A DNA stretch of 63,853 nucleotides, filler included, from Octopus bimaculoides (Eukaryota), in assembly GCF_001194135.2 (NCBI RefSeq). It is 5 parts of 5 records of this genome, joined end to end, with 100 filler letters (N's around TTAATTAATTAA, not from the genome) between each part and the next. Parts side by side here need not be neighbours in the genome. Positions count along the whole stretch, not along the records: positions 58,819 to 63,853 come from NC_068986.1; 4 more parts are not named here. One strand, given 5' to 3'. A program made the translations under genes and the position numbers. Positions 63,620-63,853 of the stretch are shown in pieces; position 1 is the first letter of the stretch; each line of letters opens with the position of its first letter. The notes beneath the pieces were generated by a model. The model did not search any database and had not been told where the DNA came from. It was given only the letters and a program-made list of their open reading frames with translations.

Positions 63620-63853
63620 CATGAAGTTTTAAGAAAATATTTATTTACCGTTACATTACAATACCTTGCCTCGACGGGCAGGTTATAATAGATCCAAAAG
63701 CATGTGAAGTAAAGTTTGTGTTTGTGTCCTCTTCATTGTTTAGTAGTAATTACAGAGAGGGATAGAATGATGTTGTAAGAGAATAGAATTAGAGCTAGTG
63801 AGAGTTGTAGGGGTGGAACGTTGTCTCACAGTAGCTGACAGTAAACTTCATTT
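63620..63853 (-). pseudogene. Possible very old CR1-type LINE 3' end
   Basis: Minus strand LILFSYNII...RGHKHKLY...YNLPVEA...TVNKYFLK resembles the CR1 terminus (recalled as RGH..KL...WN.LP). Confidence 0.35.

Overview
AT-rich, gap-ridden eukaryotic scaffold. The SINE families, the extreme load of (CA)n/(TA)n/(GA)n/(GATA)n/(AAT)n/(GAT)n microsatellites and the overall style point to a cephalopod, most likely Octopus (recognised from memory, not searched). I could not identify any intact host protein-coding gene; almost all ORFs in the track are microsatellite or N-gap artefacts. The supportable content is mobile DNA. Retroelement relics: a decayed L1/Tx1-clade LINE (ORF1 end, endonuclease start, RT, C-terminal Cys motif; ~22.8-24.9 kb, minus), a Gypsy integrase relic, two RTE 3' ends and CR1/Jockey-like scraps. 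DNA transposon relics: three DD37D-like Tc1/mariner fragments and hAT-type MITEs. There are also dozens of copies of about five SINE families and an interstitial (TTAGGG)8. The most interesting signal is a ~535-bp head-to-head palindromic element at 19585-20120 flanked by a 12-13 bp direct repeat. Each arm is a tRNA-like Pol III head, then (AAT)n, then a minimal type I hammerhead-ribozyme motif of the Penelope-associated kind. A second, unrelated short repeat family in the window carries a variant of the same motif. SINE boundaries are approximate (about +/-10-20 bp), and family letters A-G are my own labels.
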